A stretch of DNA of 44,206 nt from Octopus sinensis (GCF_006345805.1 NW_021834821.1:1-44206); one strand, 5' to 3'; counted from the stretch's first letter, positions 23,641 through 37,825 are shown. Made by a program: numbers and translations. Notes: generated from the sequence alone by a model not told the origin.

Positions 23641-24659
23641 ATATATATATACATATATATACCTTCACATACCCATGTATAAATATTTGTGTCCATGTAT
23701 GTTTATAGCTATGAATCAATGAACAACAAAAGAACAAGAGTTACGTAGACACCTTCATTAGCTTCCAGCTGTTTCTGCTACAGGAAGCAGTGAACTCGAG
23801 CTGAGTGTGTGTGCGCGTAGGGGTCTGTGCATTTGTTTATGCTTGCAATCTCTTTTAAGTTGCTCCAGGCAGAAACATCTGTCAACCAATCACCCCCACC
23901 TTGGAAGACATGGGAAATAAGAACTTTTGTTCTTGCAAAATGGTTTTGGGTGAGCAATAAGAAGGCTGTCTGTCTGTAAAACAAGGCTACAATAATATAT
24001 TCACCTAACCCATGCTAGCATACAAAGTCAGAAGTGCAATCAAACATAAGTAAACCCATGTTTATTCATTCATATACTCTTATGCACGCATAAACACACA
24101 CACACACGTGTATGTGTGCATCTGGTGTTAAGAAGATCATCCAGCTGTAGAAATCTTGCCAAATCTTTCATTGCAGCTCAGCAATGTCCTCTGGTTCACT
24201 GCTTCCTCGTCAACTGTCCTCCCCATGCCAGTTAGGGAAAATGGATGTCAAAACCTTTATAATGCATCAGATGATGTATTTTCTTTTCTGTATTTTCTTT
24301 CTCATAATTTTGTTTTGTTTCTTGCCAGGTTCTTGTGAGTCCCACTCAGTCAAGTCTATGACTACACTCGATGAGAGTCACCAATCCTCACTTGGCTTCA
24401 AGCAAGAGAATATTTCCCCAAGTTCTTCCAACATGAACAGCACAATGGTTGGATATGTTTTCTGGTGGAACACTGCAAACAAACGACTCTGTTTGTGTGA
24501 CGTGACATTTGTTTATAATTTGCAGCAGATGTCAAGACAAGGAGACATGAGCAGATATATGCACACACACACACACACACACACACATAAATGCATACAC
24601 ATACAAGTACAAATATAGATATGCATACATGAATATACACACACATGTATATACCATAG

Positions 24660-24812
24660 ACTTTATCAGTTCCTGGTACGAAACCCACTCACAAGGCTTG
24701 AGTCAACCTGGAACATTAGAAGAAGTTAATTCTTTAAGGTGCTGCAAAGTGGGACTGAACCTGAAACCACAAGATTGCAAAGTGAATTCCTTAACCTTAC
24801 AGCCATGCCCCC
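24660..24812 (-). mobile_element. SINE family A head, degraded
   Basis: CCACTCACAAGGCTT...GTGGGACTGAACC...ACAGCCA similarity to other copies. Confidence 0.6.
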
Positions 24813-24930
24813 ATCTTTTTTTGGTGATATTTTGAAGATAATAATAATAATAATCCTTTCTACTATAGGCACAAGGCCTGAAATTTTGGGTGTGGGGTCT
24901 AGTCGATTACATCAACCCCAGCACCCAACT

Positions 24931-25291
24931 GTAGTGGGTGCTTTTACGTGTCACTGGCACGGGGCCCAGTCAGGCAGTACTGGCAATGACCTCGCTCGAA
25001 TCTTTTACACATGCCACTGGTATAGGTGCCAGTAAGGCAATGCTGTAACGATCACACTCGAATGGTGTGTTTTACGTGCCATCGGCATGGAGGACAGATA
25101 GCTGCTCTGGCAACGATCATGCTCGGATGGTGCCCTTAACACCCTACTAGCACAGGGCTCGAGTGCCAGTAAGCCGACGCTGGTAACGATCACACTTGAA
25201 TGGTGCCTTTTATGTGCCACTGGCAAAGAACCCGGTTAGCCGCTCTGTCAGCGACCACACTCGTATGGTGCTCTTTGCACCCCGCTAGCAC
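24931..25291 (-). mobile_element. Family C internal repeat segment
   Basis: Repeated GGTGCTTTTACGTGCCA / GGCAACGATCA units shared with the other family C copies. Confidence 0.7.
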
Positions 25292-25669
25292 TGTAATTTA
25301 ATTAATTAATTAATCAATTAATTAACAATTTTACCAAGTCGATCGGTACGTTAAAATTACCTTTATAGGTAAAATTATCCATATAATTATAATTAGGCTC
25401 GATTGTGTACATATTCAGTCATAGCACTTTGAAATTGTATAAAAATTGGAAATATTATACTGAAGAGAGAAGTAAGTAAAATTCAAATTACTTTAATCTC
25501 GAAACACGAATATAATTAATTCTGGTCATGTTGATTCATTGTCTTTCTCTTTGCCTTCGTAAAAAAGTATGTTTACCGTCATGGAGATTCTTATAGTAGT
25601 AGAAAAGGAATTTTTAACTCCCATTTCTAATTTCGGGATGTGGTGAAGCAGTTAGCTGAACCCTAATTA

Positions 25670-25910
25670 TCTCTGTATATATAAAGCTGAAGTTGTCTGT
25701 GTATGGCAGGTTTGTTAGCCTTCAACTAACACTGTCTCCTCCGAGATCCTGCCGCGCAAGTTGACCAAAATTGAGAGTGTGATAGAAGAAGGTTTGCTCT
25801 TCCTTCCGCAGAAGAAAAAATTCAAATTGGACCATGTTAACACCAAAAATTATTTACATCAAAAAGGTGCTTTTTTTCTATAAAAATCCCTATTTTTTAT
25901 GATATTCCTA
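25670..25910 (+). mobile_element. Helitron-like 5' fragment
   Basis: A|TCTCTGTATATATAAAGCTGAAGTTGTCTGTG resembles the 5' end of the Helitron at 20935. No 3' end was identified. Confidence 0.45.
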
Positions 25911-25932
25911 TTATAATAAAACTGATTTTAAA

Positions 25933-26610
25933 TTTTGGCACAAGGCCAGCAATTTCAAGGAAGTACTCAGCTAGAACTTAATTTATCAATCCCAAAAGGA
26001 TGAAAGGCGAAATCAACCTTGGTGGAATTTGAACTCAGAATGTAAAGACGGTCAAAATTCTGCTTTGCATCCACATAATTCTGCCGGCTCGTCACAGTAA
26101 TAATAATAATAATAATCCTTTCTTACTATAGGAAGAAGGCCTGAAATTTCGGGTGAGGGGACTAGTTGATTACATCAGACCCAGCCCCTAACTGGTTCTT
26201 ATTTTATCAATCAGAAAAAAGGATGAGAGGCAAAGTCGACCTTGTGGAATTTGGTGGAATAAGTACCAGTTGCACAACTCCAGTGTGTAACTGGTACTTA
26301 TTGAATTGACCCCAAAAGGAAGAAAGGCAAAGTCGACCTTGGTGGAATTTGAACTCAGACTGTAGCGGCAAACGAGTCATCATAATATTAATAATAATAA
26401 GAATGGCTTCAAATTTTAGCACAAGGCCAGCAGTTTCAGGGGAGCAGGTAAGTTGATTACAGCGACCCCAGAACTCGAAAGGTACTTATTTTATCGACCC
26501 TGAAAGAATGGAAGTTGACATCGGCAACATTTGAACTCAGAACGTAAAGACAACCAAAATGCTGCCAAGCATTTTGCCCAGCATGCTAACTGTTCTGCCA
26601 GCTCACCACC
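25933..26610 (-). mobile_element. Cluster of tRNA-derived SINE family B copies (about 25933-26095, 26116-26375, 26404-26610)
   Basis: Shared GCACAAGGCC...GGTACTTATTTTATCGACCC...GAAAGGCAAAGTCGACC...GAATTTGAACTCAGAA. The reverse complement contains the B-box-like GAGTTCAAATTCC. Confidence 0.75.
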
Positions 26611-26784
26611 TACATCATCATCATCATCATCATAATAATAATAAACAATAACAACAACAACCATACTTTTCCTATTTCATATCCTTCATATGTCCCCTTT
26701 TACTTTCATCTCTCTCTCTCTCATTCACTGTCTCCTTTTAAATATCAACTTCAACATTTCATTCCCTTCTTTTACATAAACATA

Positions 26785-26817
26785 TATATATATATTATGT
26801 GTGTATATGTGTATATA

Positions 26818-26889
<72 letters not shown>

Positions 26890-26936
26890 TATGTGTATAT
26901 ATATATACATATGTATATATATAATATATATATATT
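26785..26936 (+). repeat. (TA)n microsatellite
   Basis: Direct reading of the sequence. Confidence 0.95.
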
Positions 26937-26940
26937 ATGT

Positions 26941-27278
26941 ATCATCATCATCATCGTTTAACCTCTGCCTTCCATGCTAGCATGGGTTGGACGATTTTGA
27001 CTGAGGGCTGGCAAACCAGATGGCTGCACCAGGCTCCAATCTTGATCTGACAGAGTTTCTACAGCTGGATGCCCTTCCTAACGCCAACCACTCCGAGAGT
27101 GTAGTGGGTGCATTTTACGTGCCACCGGCAGGAGGGCCAGTCAGGCGGTACTGGCAACGACCTCACTCGAATGGTGTCTTTTACGTGCCACTGACACGGA
27201 AGCCAGTTAACCACTCTGGCAACGATCATGCTTGGATGATGCTCTTAGCACCCTACTAGCCCGGGCACAAGTAAGGCC
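26941..27278 (-). mobile_element. Family C element (RTE-type tail)
   Basis: (ATC)n tail, CCATGCTAGCATGGGTTGGACG, GGATGCCCTTCCTAACGCCAACC. Confidence 0.8.
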
Positions 27279-27300
27279 ACGTGTATATATATATATATAT

Positions 27301-27650
27301 TCTTTAATTCTTGTACTTGCTTCAGTCATTTGAGTGTGGCCATGCTAGAGCACTGCCTTTAGTCAAACAAATCAACCTCAGGACTTATTCTTTCTAAGAC
27401 CAATACTTATTCTATTGGTCTCTTTAGCCAAATTGCTAAGTTACAAGGATGTAAACATACCAATATTGGTTGTCAAGCTCTGTTGGTGGGACAAACAGAG
27501 ACACATAAATATATCTGATGGGCTTCTTTCAGTTTCCATCTAACAGATCCACTCACAAGGTTTTGATTTGCCCAATGTGCCATGCAATAGGACTGAACCC
27601 AGAGCCATGTGGTTGGCAAGCATGCTTCTTACCACACAGCCACTCTTGTG
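27301..27650 (-). mobile_element. SINE family A, full length
   Basis: Tail TTCAGTCATTTG..GGCCATGCTAGAGCAC and head ...ACCACACAGCCACTC. Confidence 0.8.
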
Positions 27651-27744
27651 CCCCTGCCCCACTGCTTCTAATTCTTGTCACCTCCCACATTACCACTCCC
27701 CCTTTCCGTTGTCTCTCATAATATATATATATGTATATATTGTA

Positions 27745-27932
27745 TTCCTTTATTTGTTTCAGTCAATTGACTGCAGCCATGCTGGAGCACCGCCTGTAGT
27801 CAAATATAAATGGACCCCAGTTCTTATTCTTTGTTTTGCCCAATACTTATTCTATCAGTCTCTTTTGCCAAATCGCTAAGATACAGGGACGCAAACCCAC
27901 CAAAATCGGTCGTCAAGCAAAGCTGGGGGACA
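27745..27932 (-). mobile_element. SINE family A tail
   Basis: GTTTCAGTCA..GCAGCCATGCTGGAGCACCGCC...GGGGGACAAAC. Confidence 0.7.
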
Positions 27933-27961
27933 AACATATACACACACACATATATATATAT

Positions 27962-28440
27962 AATCGAAATTGAACCAAATTCGATGACTGGCACCCGTGC
28001 CAGTGGAGCGCTAACAGCACCATCCGAGTGTGATCATTGCCAGAGCAGCTGTCTGGCTCCCATGCCAGTGGCACATGAAAAGCACCATTTGAGTGTGATC
28101 GTTACCAGCATTGCCTCATCGGCACTTGTGCTGGTGACACAAAAAACAATTCGAGCGAGGTCGTAGCCAGTGCCGCTGGACTGGCTCCTGTGCAGGTGGC
28201 ACGTAAAAGGCACCATTTGAGTGTGGTCGTTGCCAGTATCACCTGACTGGCCCTTGTGCCTGTGTAACGTAAAAGCAACCAGTACACTCTCGGAATGGTT
28301 GGCATTAGGAAGGGCATCCAGCTATAGAAACTCTGCCAGATGAGATTGGAGCCTGGTGCAGCCATCTGGTTCGCCAGTCCTCACTCAAATTGTCCAACCC
28401 ATGACAGCATGGAAAGCGGACGTTAAACAATGATGATGAT
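27962..28440 (+). mobile_element. Family C element (RTE-type tail)
   Basis: Several GGTGGCAC.T.AAA.GCACC units, GGAAGGGCATCCAGC, ending GGAAAGCGGACGTTAAAC(AATGATGAT). Confidence 0.8.
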
Positions 28441-28589
28441 ATTCTTTCATTTCCTTCTACCAAATCCTCTCACAAGTCTTTGGTTGGCCTGAGGCTATAA
28501 TAGTAAACTCTTGCTCAAAGTATCACGCAGTGGAACTGAACCCGGAACTATGTGGTTGGGAAGTAAGCTTCTTACCACACAGCCACTCC

Positions 28590-28592
<3 letters not shown>
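28441..28592 (-). mobile_element. SINE family A head
   Basis: CTACCAAATCC...GGAACTGAACCCGGAAC...ACCACACAGCCACTCCTG. Confidence 0.75.
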
Positions 28593-28621
<29 letters not shown>

Positions 28622-31176
28622 CACCACAGATTCACAAACCTAAAGATCCTGACTCCATACGGATTTATAGTGGCAGAGCTGATGCTGGGAATGGCCAATG
28701 AGCTGGTGTTGACAACAACAACAACAACAGAAGCACAGTGGCAGTGACCGGATGGGTGTCTTTGAGACCAGAGCCTTAAACGGCTGAAAAAAGTGGAAGG
28801 GTCAACTACAACAGTTGTTGCAGACTTGATAATATAAACAAAGAGAAGAACGATGAAAGAGGGAGGAAATGGATGAAGAGGAGGCATGTAAATAAACTCT
28901 GGGTCTACATTGATGGAAAATAAGTTGAAAAACAGCATCAGAAGATCTGACCTCTCTGGCTGTATTTAAAATCAAAAGAGGTCAACCAGATGACATAAGA
29001 TATAGAATGACTTGAAGAGATTTGAAATCTGGAGGAGCCTTTCTCTCTACTTGTGTAACCCCTGGCAATGTCTTGCACATAGAAAGAAAGAAGTGGTTGA
29101 AGAGGAGGAAGAACAACAATGATGACAAATCTACTCCAGTACTTGACTGGTTCTTTATCAATCATAATATAAAGTAAAGCTGACCTCACTAGGTATTGAA
29201 CTCAGAGCACCAGAGCAGATACTGGAAACAGTCTTTTAGTAAAATGTGTGAAAGCCTTTGCCAACTGACCCCTTTTTACATGAATAAGTTCACTTGTTTA
29301 ACTGTTTGATTTCTATGAATATATTATTGCTTGAGAGAGCATCATTAGAGAAACATAACCAGGTCGTACCTTGGCCAGGTAATAACAAATGATTAATTAC
29401 ATTATACACGGGTGCATGTTCATTGGTATATCTGATGTTACCTTGGAATTGTTTAATTTTTAGACAATTCTCTTTGTTAACTTGAAGAAATATACAAATT
29501 TATAACATATATTATTATTATTAAAAATACAATATTTAAATGTAATTTATAAAAATATATTAAAAATACAATCTTTTAAAATGTTATAAAACTTTTATAA
29601 TTCCAAAATACAATTTATAAAGTTGAAATATTGAAACATTAAAATTATTTTTATAAACAGTAAATATATCTAAAATGAAAGAAATACATTTGTTTAAAAT
29701 ATATTAAAACTATGATTTCCATTTTTGATTTTTCACTGAAAGTTAATTCTTGTCTAGCGATGCTATAGTCAAAAACTCTCTAACCATGACCCTCCCATAA
29801 GTTGTCATGATTGAATATGTTTTTAGGGGCATTTTAGGGACTTTGTTCTTTGTTTGTAATAGAGTTTATATTAAATGCAGACAATGTGAAATATTTCCCA
29901 GAAGCCATCCATCTGATAAATAATATCGAAGATGGTGAGAAAACATATTTAATGCATTGCACATGTTGATGTAGGATAAAGATGTGCTGAGAGAGAAAAT
30001 ATATGTTGTCACCAAATTGTTTAACATTTAAACAATTCTTCTTGTTTGCTTCAAGATATAAAATAGAAATGAAATCACCAGAACAATTCCATTTATATAC
30101 AAAGTTTAATATTAAAATAAAAAATCAGTTTAAAACATTTCAATTAGTAGAGTCGTTAGAATGGTATTAGTACTGACACTTTGTGTTCTGGGTTCAAATT
30201 CTGGCATGGTCAACTTTGACTTTTATTATGCAAGGGTCAATAATTTAAATACTAGTTTGAGGTGGTAGAATTAAATACTGGACACGATGCCTTCCAGTAG
30301 GTAATGTGGTTCTTTATGAATTGAGTTCAAATCCCATTGTGGCCACCCTATGTTGCAGACTATATCTATCACCAAATTTCACACCAAAAGCTGGCCCCTG
30401 AGCTGCTTTTAGCAGAGGATTTCTCTTTTGTCTGCATTCACATTAGGCCCCTTGTTTTGAGAATGTGTTTCTCCCACTCATCCCTGTCAGAGACCCTGGA
30501 AAATAAAAGGGTCATATGCAAGGCCCTTCTCCCTCAACAAAGCTTTTAAAAAATTAAGTTTATGAAAAACAGCCAATTAATTTATCTGCCATGAAATTAA
30601 TTTGCAAATTTTAAATTTCACTTGAGACTTAGAAATCCACTTTAAACTACGTAAAATGATGTATCCTTAGATGAACATTTCCATCAAATAGTTTTGACAT
30701 AGTTATAACACAACCATACTTTATATTCTGGAAATGAAAGGTTTTACTTGTGATGTGACACTGCAAAATGTTTAAACAATGTTTAGTCTATAAAATGGTG
30801 TGTGCAAATAAAACAATATCTATATAACAGTATATTTATGTTTGAAATAAGTCTAATGAATGTTTAGCAATGTAAATGTGGTGGTAAATTGTGTGTTAAA
30901 TAAATAGGAGAAGAATATTATTTACCAGGGTTGGTTATTGGGTTTTGATACTGGCTTGAAGTCTTTCTGTCTCAGAAATATTCTGTGAGTCTGCTTCGCT
31001 CGAACAGCAATGAAGATATGGCAACAGTTAAGAGGATACTTATAATATATCCGGGAGTAGTAGGCATTGCCTCCTCATATGTGTGTGTGTGTGTGTATAC
31101 ATCTTTATGTATGTATATATAGATGGATATACACATACATACATGTCTGTGTGTATATACATTTCTATGTGTGTAT

Positions 31177-31487
31177 AGGTGTGGGAGTGGCTGTGTAGTA
31201 AGTAGATTGCTTACCAACCACATGGCTCTGGGTTCAGTCCCACTGTGTGGCACCTTGCACAAGTGACTTCTACTATAGCCTGGGGCCAACCAAAGCCTTG
31301 TAAGTAGATTTGGTAGATGGAAACTGAAAGAAGCCCATTGTATATATATATGTATGTGTGTGTATATGTCCCCCATAGCTTAGCAGTTTAGCAAAAGAGA
31401 CTGATAGAATAAGTACTAGGCTTACAAAGAAAAAATCCTGGGGTCGATTTGCTCAATTAAAGGCAGTGCTCCAGCATAGCCATAGTC
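31177..31487 (+). mobile_element. SINE family A, near full length
   Basis: GGAGTGGCTGTGTAG...GGGTTCAGTCCCACTG...GAAACTGAAAGAAGCCC...GTGCTCCAGCATAGCC. Confidence 0.8.
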
Positions 31488-31851
31488 TTGTTAGAAATAA
31501 TAAAGAAATTTTCCTGAAATAACATACAACCTTCTCATAAATACACACACATATATATAGATATGCTTATTTTTATATACGTATGTATATATATATGTGT
31601 GTATATATATACACATACACACTCACATGTTTATATATACACATGTATGTATATATATATATATATATCTGTGTATATGTCTGTGTAACACAACTATGGT
31701 GTTACTGTTGTGAAACCGGCATTTCTTATGCTTGAAGAATTTTGGTATTGGTCTGGAATCCAACAGCCCAGAGCTCAGGTTGGGTTTCTCTGGAAATAAT
31801 CTACCAGGAACTAACTTATATGTATGTGTGCACATATGTATATGTATTCTC

Positions 31852-32056
31852 TTATTCCTTTACTTGTTTCAGTAATTTCAATGTGGTCATGCTGGAGCAC
31901 CACCTTTAGTAGAAGAAATCGATCCGAGGACTTACTCTTTGTAAGCCTAGTAGTTTTTCTATTGGTCTTTTTTGCTGAACTGCTAAGTTATAGGGGTGTA
32001 AACACAGCAACACTGGTTCTCAAACGATGGTGAGGGTGGACAGTCACAGATGCACA

Positions 32057-32090
<34 letters not shown>

Positions 32091-32261
32091 TGTGTATTTT
32101 TCTTGTTAACAATTAACCACAAAAAAAATACATAAACAGGTACCAGGAAGTAAAAGAATTTGAACAACCCGCGTTTAACTCTATATCTCTATCTACCTAT
32201 CTATCTATCTATCTATCTACCTATCTATATATCTATCTATCTATCTATATATATATATATA

Positions 32262-32297
<36 letters not shown>

Positions 32298-32406
32298 CAC
32301 ACACACACACATGCACTAGTACAGATTAAACACCTTCATAATTGCACTCATATATTTATCAACACACAACACACAACACACACACAATATATATATTATA
32401 TATATA

Positions 32407-32445
<39 letters not shown>

Positions 32446-32619
32446 TACACAAACACACACTCATATATTCAGGATGGACTTCTTTCTGTTTCTGTCTACC
32501 AAAGCCACTCACAAAGCTTTGGTTATAGTAGATGACACTTGCTCAAGGTGCCACACGGTGGGACTGAACCTGGAACCATGTAGTTGGGAAGCAAGCCTCT
32601 TATCACAAAGACACTCCTG
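31852..32619 (-). mobile_element. SINE family A split by an expanded internal microsatellite
   Basis: Tail at 31852-32046, head at 32470-32619, with TA/CTAT/CA runs between. Confidence 0.6.
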
Positions 32620-32922
32620 TTGTTATTTGGATTTGATTTTCACTTCCTCCCTCTTAAGATCTCAAAATCCATTTTGAAATAATTCCAGTTGTTTCCAACT
32701 GATAAAGCATTCATTTACATTTACTCAACAACTCAAGGGTTTTGTTTACACATTGGTCCCCAAAATGCAAGTATTCACATCCCCACCACCACCGCCACCA
32801 CACAAAAAACACCCCACTCTCATCATCATCATCATCTTATTCATTAGTTTCAGCTGTCATTTATTAAAAATATAATGCTTTGTGTATTGTTTTTGTTTTC
32901 CTGTACACCACCTCATTCTTTC

Positions 32923-33079
<157 letters not shown>

Positions 33080-33713
33080 ACTTTCACACACACTCTCTCC
33101 CTCTCTTCAAATAATCACTCTGAAATCATTTGATCCTTGTTGTTCTTTTGATTTCGTTTCCCCTCCCTCCCTCTCAACATCTAACAATCTGCTTTTGTGT
33201 CACAATGGCTAAGCTGCCTTTAGACAAAAATAAATATAATTGAAACCTCTTTGCAAACTGATAACACATTCATTACAGATTCAGGGTCATCTCAAGGGTT
33301 TTGCTTTTAAAACCCTTAGAAACTGTGGTTTTTCTAATGAATATGCATTGTTCTGTATAAATTTCACTTTCTTCAGTCTGGATGCAAATACTTACACCAA
33401 CACCAACACCACCACCACCAACAACAACAACAGCATTATCACCTTCATCATCATCATCATCACCATCACAATCATTGTGTTATTTTGAATTTATTAAAAA
33501 TAAATTTATTTATTCTATTTTTATTTCCGTTCACTGATTAAAAAGGTGAAGCAGCACCTTTGGGTGTTTTCCTTTTTCCTATCAGAATACAATCTTGGAT
33601 GTTTTCATATATTCATAAGTTCAATTAGAGGTGAATTTCGCCTTAGTTAAGGGATGGCACCATTCAAGGAGTTGCTGGTTAAATACCTAACATGTTTAGG
33701 GAAAATGATAGGA

Positions 33714-33890
33714 AAATGGGATCTACCAATACTATATTTGCATACACATGCATAAACTAAGAATATGCAAATGAAACTAATAAATTATAGTAACTAAGGA
33801 GTTTATATACAATTATAAATATTTAGGGGTGAAAAAAGTATTCTTAGTTTATGCAAGTGAATGCAAATATAGTATTGGTAGATCCCATTT
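33714..33890. repeat. Inverted repeat, 52-bp arms, 73-bp spacer (MITE-like)
   Basis: AAATGGGATCTACCAATACTATATTTGCAT...AAGAATA versus TATTCTT...ATGCAAATATAGTATTGGTAGATCCCATTT, two mismatches. Confidence 0.85.
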
Positions 33891-33964
33891 ATGTTCATTA
33901 GAAATCAAATAAATGAGGAATTATGACACATCACGAATATTTATTTGCCCACCACTGTATGTAT

Positions 33965-34157
33965 ATATTTGTTTGTCTGTGGTTGTCCACACCATTGCTT
34001 GACAACCGATGTTGGTGTGTTTACATCCCTGTAACTTTGTGGTTCAGCAACAGTGACTGACAGAATGAGTACAAGGCTTACAATGAATAAGTCCTGGGGT
34101 TGATATGCCTGACTGAAGGTGGTGCTCCAACATGGCCACTGTCATGTAACTAAAAGA
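33965..34157 (+). mobile_element. SINE family A tail
   Basis: GCTTGACAACCGATG...GGTGCTCCAACATGGCC. Confidence 0.7.
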
Positions 34158-34165
34158 ATATCTAT

Positions 34166-34196
<31 letters not shown>

Positions 34197-34621
34197 CATA
34201 TGTAGTATTGACCTCTAGTGTAACGGTCACGGCCATGCAGGGGCACCACAGTATCATCATATTCTCTATCTATCTATCTTTCTATCTATCTTTCTATCTA
34301 TTTATCTAACCATCCATCTGTATAGATATATAAACACTCTTTTATTCTTTTACTTGTTTCAGCAATGGGACTGTGGTCATGCTGGAGCAATGCCTTAAAG
34401 GGCTTTAGCCAAACAAATCGACTCCAGGGCTTACTCTTTGAAAGCTTAGTACATATTCTGGCAGTCTTTTTTACCGAATGAAATTACAGGGATGTAAACA
34501 CACCACCATCGGTTGTCAAGTTATGATGAGGGTGGGAGGGAGGCTGACACACAGCCAGGCACACCTACATGCACATGAATCTATATATATATATATTTAT
34601 CTATCTATCTATCTATCTATC

Positions 34622-34670
<49 letters not shown>

Positions 34671-35019
34671 TATATTATTATATATATATATATATATGTG
34701 TATGTATATATATATATATATATATGTCTGATGGGCTCACTTCAGTTTCCATATGACAAGGTCCACTTACAAGGTCCGAGGTCAAAATAGAAGTGCCATG
34801 GAAAGCAAACTTCTTACCACACAGGAACACCTGTGCCTATACATTTGTGGAGCACACAAACATGTGTATATATATATATATATACACACACATATAATGT
34901 ATTTATTATGGTAGTTTGACTTTAATAGTCCCTCGTAGTGTGAAGCATTTATGTATGGTAATGCCCTGATATATAAACATATATATATGTAAATATATGT
35001 TGTATAGCTAGAATGATGG

Positions 35020-35055
<36 letters not shown>

Positions 35056-37321
35056 ATTCGTATGCTCCCAGTCATCTTCCCAAATACATTCGTAAACTAT
35101 GACAAGATATACTCTGACATGCGGGTTCCATTCCTTCTCTGCCGATTATATTCGTAGTCTCGTTATGTTGATTTGGGGGCATCAGTCTCACAGATTTTAT
35201 TTTAGAAATCCACCCCATACGTATTCAGTTAGTCTCTTGTACTGAAGCACAAACCAAATCTAGACATATATTTTGGGAAGGGACCCTTTGTGAGAAAATA
35301 TGCAATACATTCATATAACTGTTGTTTCTAGCAAACTTTGTATTTAAGTTTGTGTCTGTAACTAGTTTTTTGTTGTTGTATTAATTTCATTTTAATAATT
35401 AAATGCAAATTAATGCCTAATTTAAAAATATAATTAAAAGCATGACATATAAAATGCAACTGAATGCAAGAGCTGCTAGTAATAGCAGCCAAATTTACAG
35501 AGAAAACAGCCCCATATTGTCTCACGTAACTCCATACATAGTTATATAGCTAGAGTTGCTTGAAATAGCAGCCAAATGCCCCTCCAATCCACTGTACTTC
35601 TGAAATTAGCTACAGTTTAAAATTCTACGCCTGTTTGTCATGCAAAACAAATCCAATACAACAGGTCCATTAAACTGTGTCATTTCATATGCTAGAAACA
35701 ATAGCAAGTGTTTAGCAAAAATATATACAAAGACGGACAGAAAAAACTGGGAGGAAAGCAAAAACCAAAAAAGATCGGAATATATAATGTATCAATGTTA
35801 AATGTACTTGCTAGAAATAGCAGCCAAAACTCACTGAATCACAGCTGTCTGTCTATCTATTTGTCTGTCTGTCTGTTTGTCTCTCTATTTATATAAATAT
35901 ATATATATATATATACATTCTTTTATTCTTGTACATTTATTTATTCTTTTATTTGTTTCAGTTATTTCACTGTGGCCCTGCTGGAGCACCACCTTCCTGG
36001 GTTTCTGTCAAACAAATCTTTGTAAGTTTAGTACTTATTCTATCAGTCTCTTTTGTCAAATCAAAGTCACAGGGACATAAACAGACCAACATCGGTTGTC
36101 ATACGATGGTGATGTGTGGTGTAGGGTAGACACACACAAATGAATATGTATATATATATATATATATACACACATACAAATAGATATACATACATACATA
36201 TATGATGGGCTTCTTTCAGTTTCCATCTAGCAGATCCACTCACAAGGCTTTGGTTGGCTTAAGGGTCATTTAAAAGACACTTGCCTAAGGTGCCACACAG
36301 TAGGATTGAACCTGGAAACATGTGGTTGGGAAGCAAACTTCTTATGACAGAGCCTGGCCGATGCCAGTTTGCATTACTGGTACCTGTGTCGACTCGTTTC
36401 TTCCCGATTGTCTTCCCACACACATTCCTAAACGACACCAAGGTATACTCCAACATGTTGGTTCCATTCCTTCCTCTGCCGATTTTACTCGTTGTCTTGT
36501 TGTTTCTGTCAATTCTGGGGCACCAGTCTCAAGGATTTTATTTCAGAAAATCGACCCCAAACATATTCCCTCCGTCCCTTCTACTCAAACAACAAACTAA
36601 ACCTAGGCACAAAGCTTTGGAAAGGAGACTTTATAAAAAAATATGTGATACATTCCTTTAACTGTTGTTTCTAGCTTCAACTTGTATTTAATTGTGCATT
36701 TGTAACTATTTTATAGACTTGCTGCTAGAAATAGCAGTCAAAACTCACTGAATCACAGCTGTCTATCTATCTATTTGTCTTATATGGTTTTCCAGTTTTG
36801 TATTAATTCTTTGGAATAATTAAATGGAAAATGAAGTCTAATTTAGAAAAGAAAACGAAATCATGATGTATAAGAAGTAAATGAAAGCAAGGGCTGCTAG
36901 AAATAGCAGCCAAATCTACGTCGAAACAGCATCATACTGCCTCACGTAACTCCATCCATATTTATATATGAGCCGATAAAAATTGAAGCCAATGAAAATG
37001 ATAGCTAGATTTGTTTGAAATAGCAGCCAAATGTCCCTCCAATCTGCTGTAGTTCTGAAATTAACTTCAGTCTATAAATTCTACACCTATTTGTCACGCA
37101 AAACAAGACAAATACAAAGGGTCCATTAAACTGAGACGTTTCCTATGCTAGAAACAACAGCAAGACTTGAGCAAAAATATATGCGAAGAAGGATACAGAA
37201 AATACTGAGAGGGAGGCAGAAAGAAAAGACATTTAAATATAGAATGTTTCAATGCTTAATGGATGCCAGAGTTACTGCTAGAAATAGCAGCCAAATCTCA
37301 CATCTGTCTGTTTATCTATCG

Positions 37322-37506
37322 AAGGGGTTCCCAACCTTTTTTATGCCCTGCACCCTTAAAAACCTTTAATATGTTCTCACACCCCTTAAAGTAATAGTTT
37401 ATATAAGAATAAAGGTGCCCGGAGCAATTGCCGACTTTGACCCCATATAAATCCAGCCCTGCTCGCACCCCCAAGCGGTGTGTGCACCCCTGGGTGGGAA
37501 ACCCTG
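37322..37506. mobile_element. hAT-like MITE
   Basis: Termini AGGGGTTCCCAACC / GGGTGGGAAACCCTG match the CAGGGGTT/CAGTGG-type hAT TIR pattern. The TSD is degenerate. Confidence 0.6.
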
Positions 37507-37825
37507 CATCTAAATATATTACATTCTTTGTTTCTTTTACTTGTTTCAGTTATTTGACTGCGGCCATGCTGGAGCACTGCCTTAAAGGGTTTTAGTCAAA
37601 CAAATCGACCCCAGGATTTATTCTTCGTAAGCCTAGGACTTATTCTATCAGTCTCTTTTGCCAAACTAACTTAAAGGGTTGTAAACAGACCAACATAGGT
37701 TGTCAAGTGATGGTTATGTGGGGTGGGGTTCAGATCTATACACACATGAATATAATATTATATATTATAATATATATATACACAAACACAGATATATACA
37801 CTCACACACATATATATATATCTGT

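Noticed and set aside
28630-29140. Non-repetitive stretch with a 147-aa minus-strand ORF
   Set aside because: The ORF runs into microsatellite and SINE sequence, has no recognisable domain and no convincing splice-site pair.
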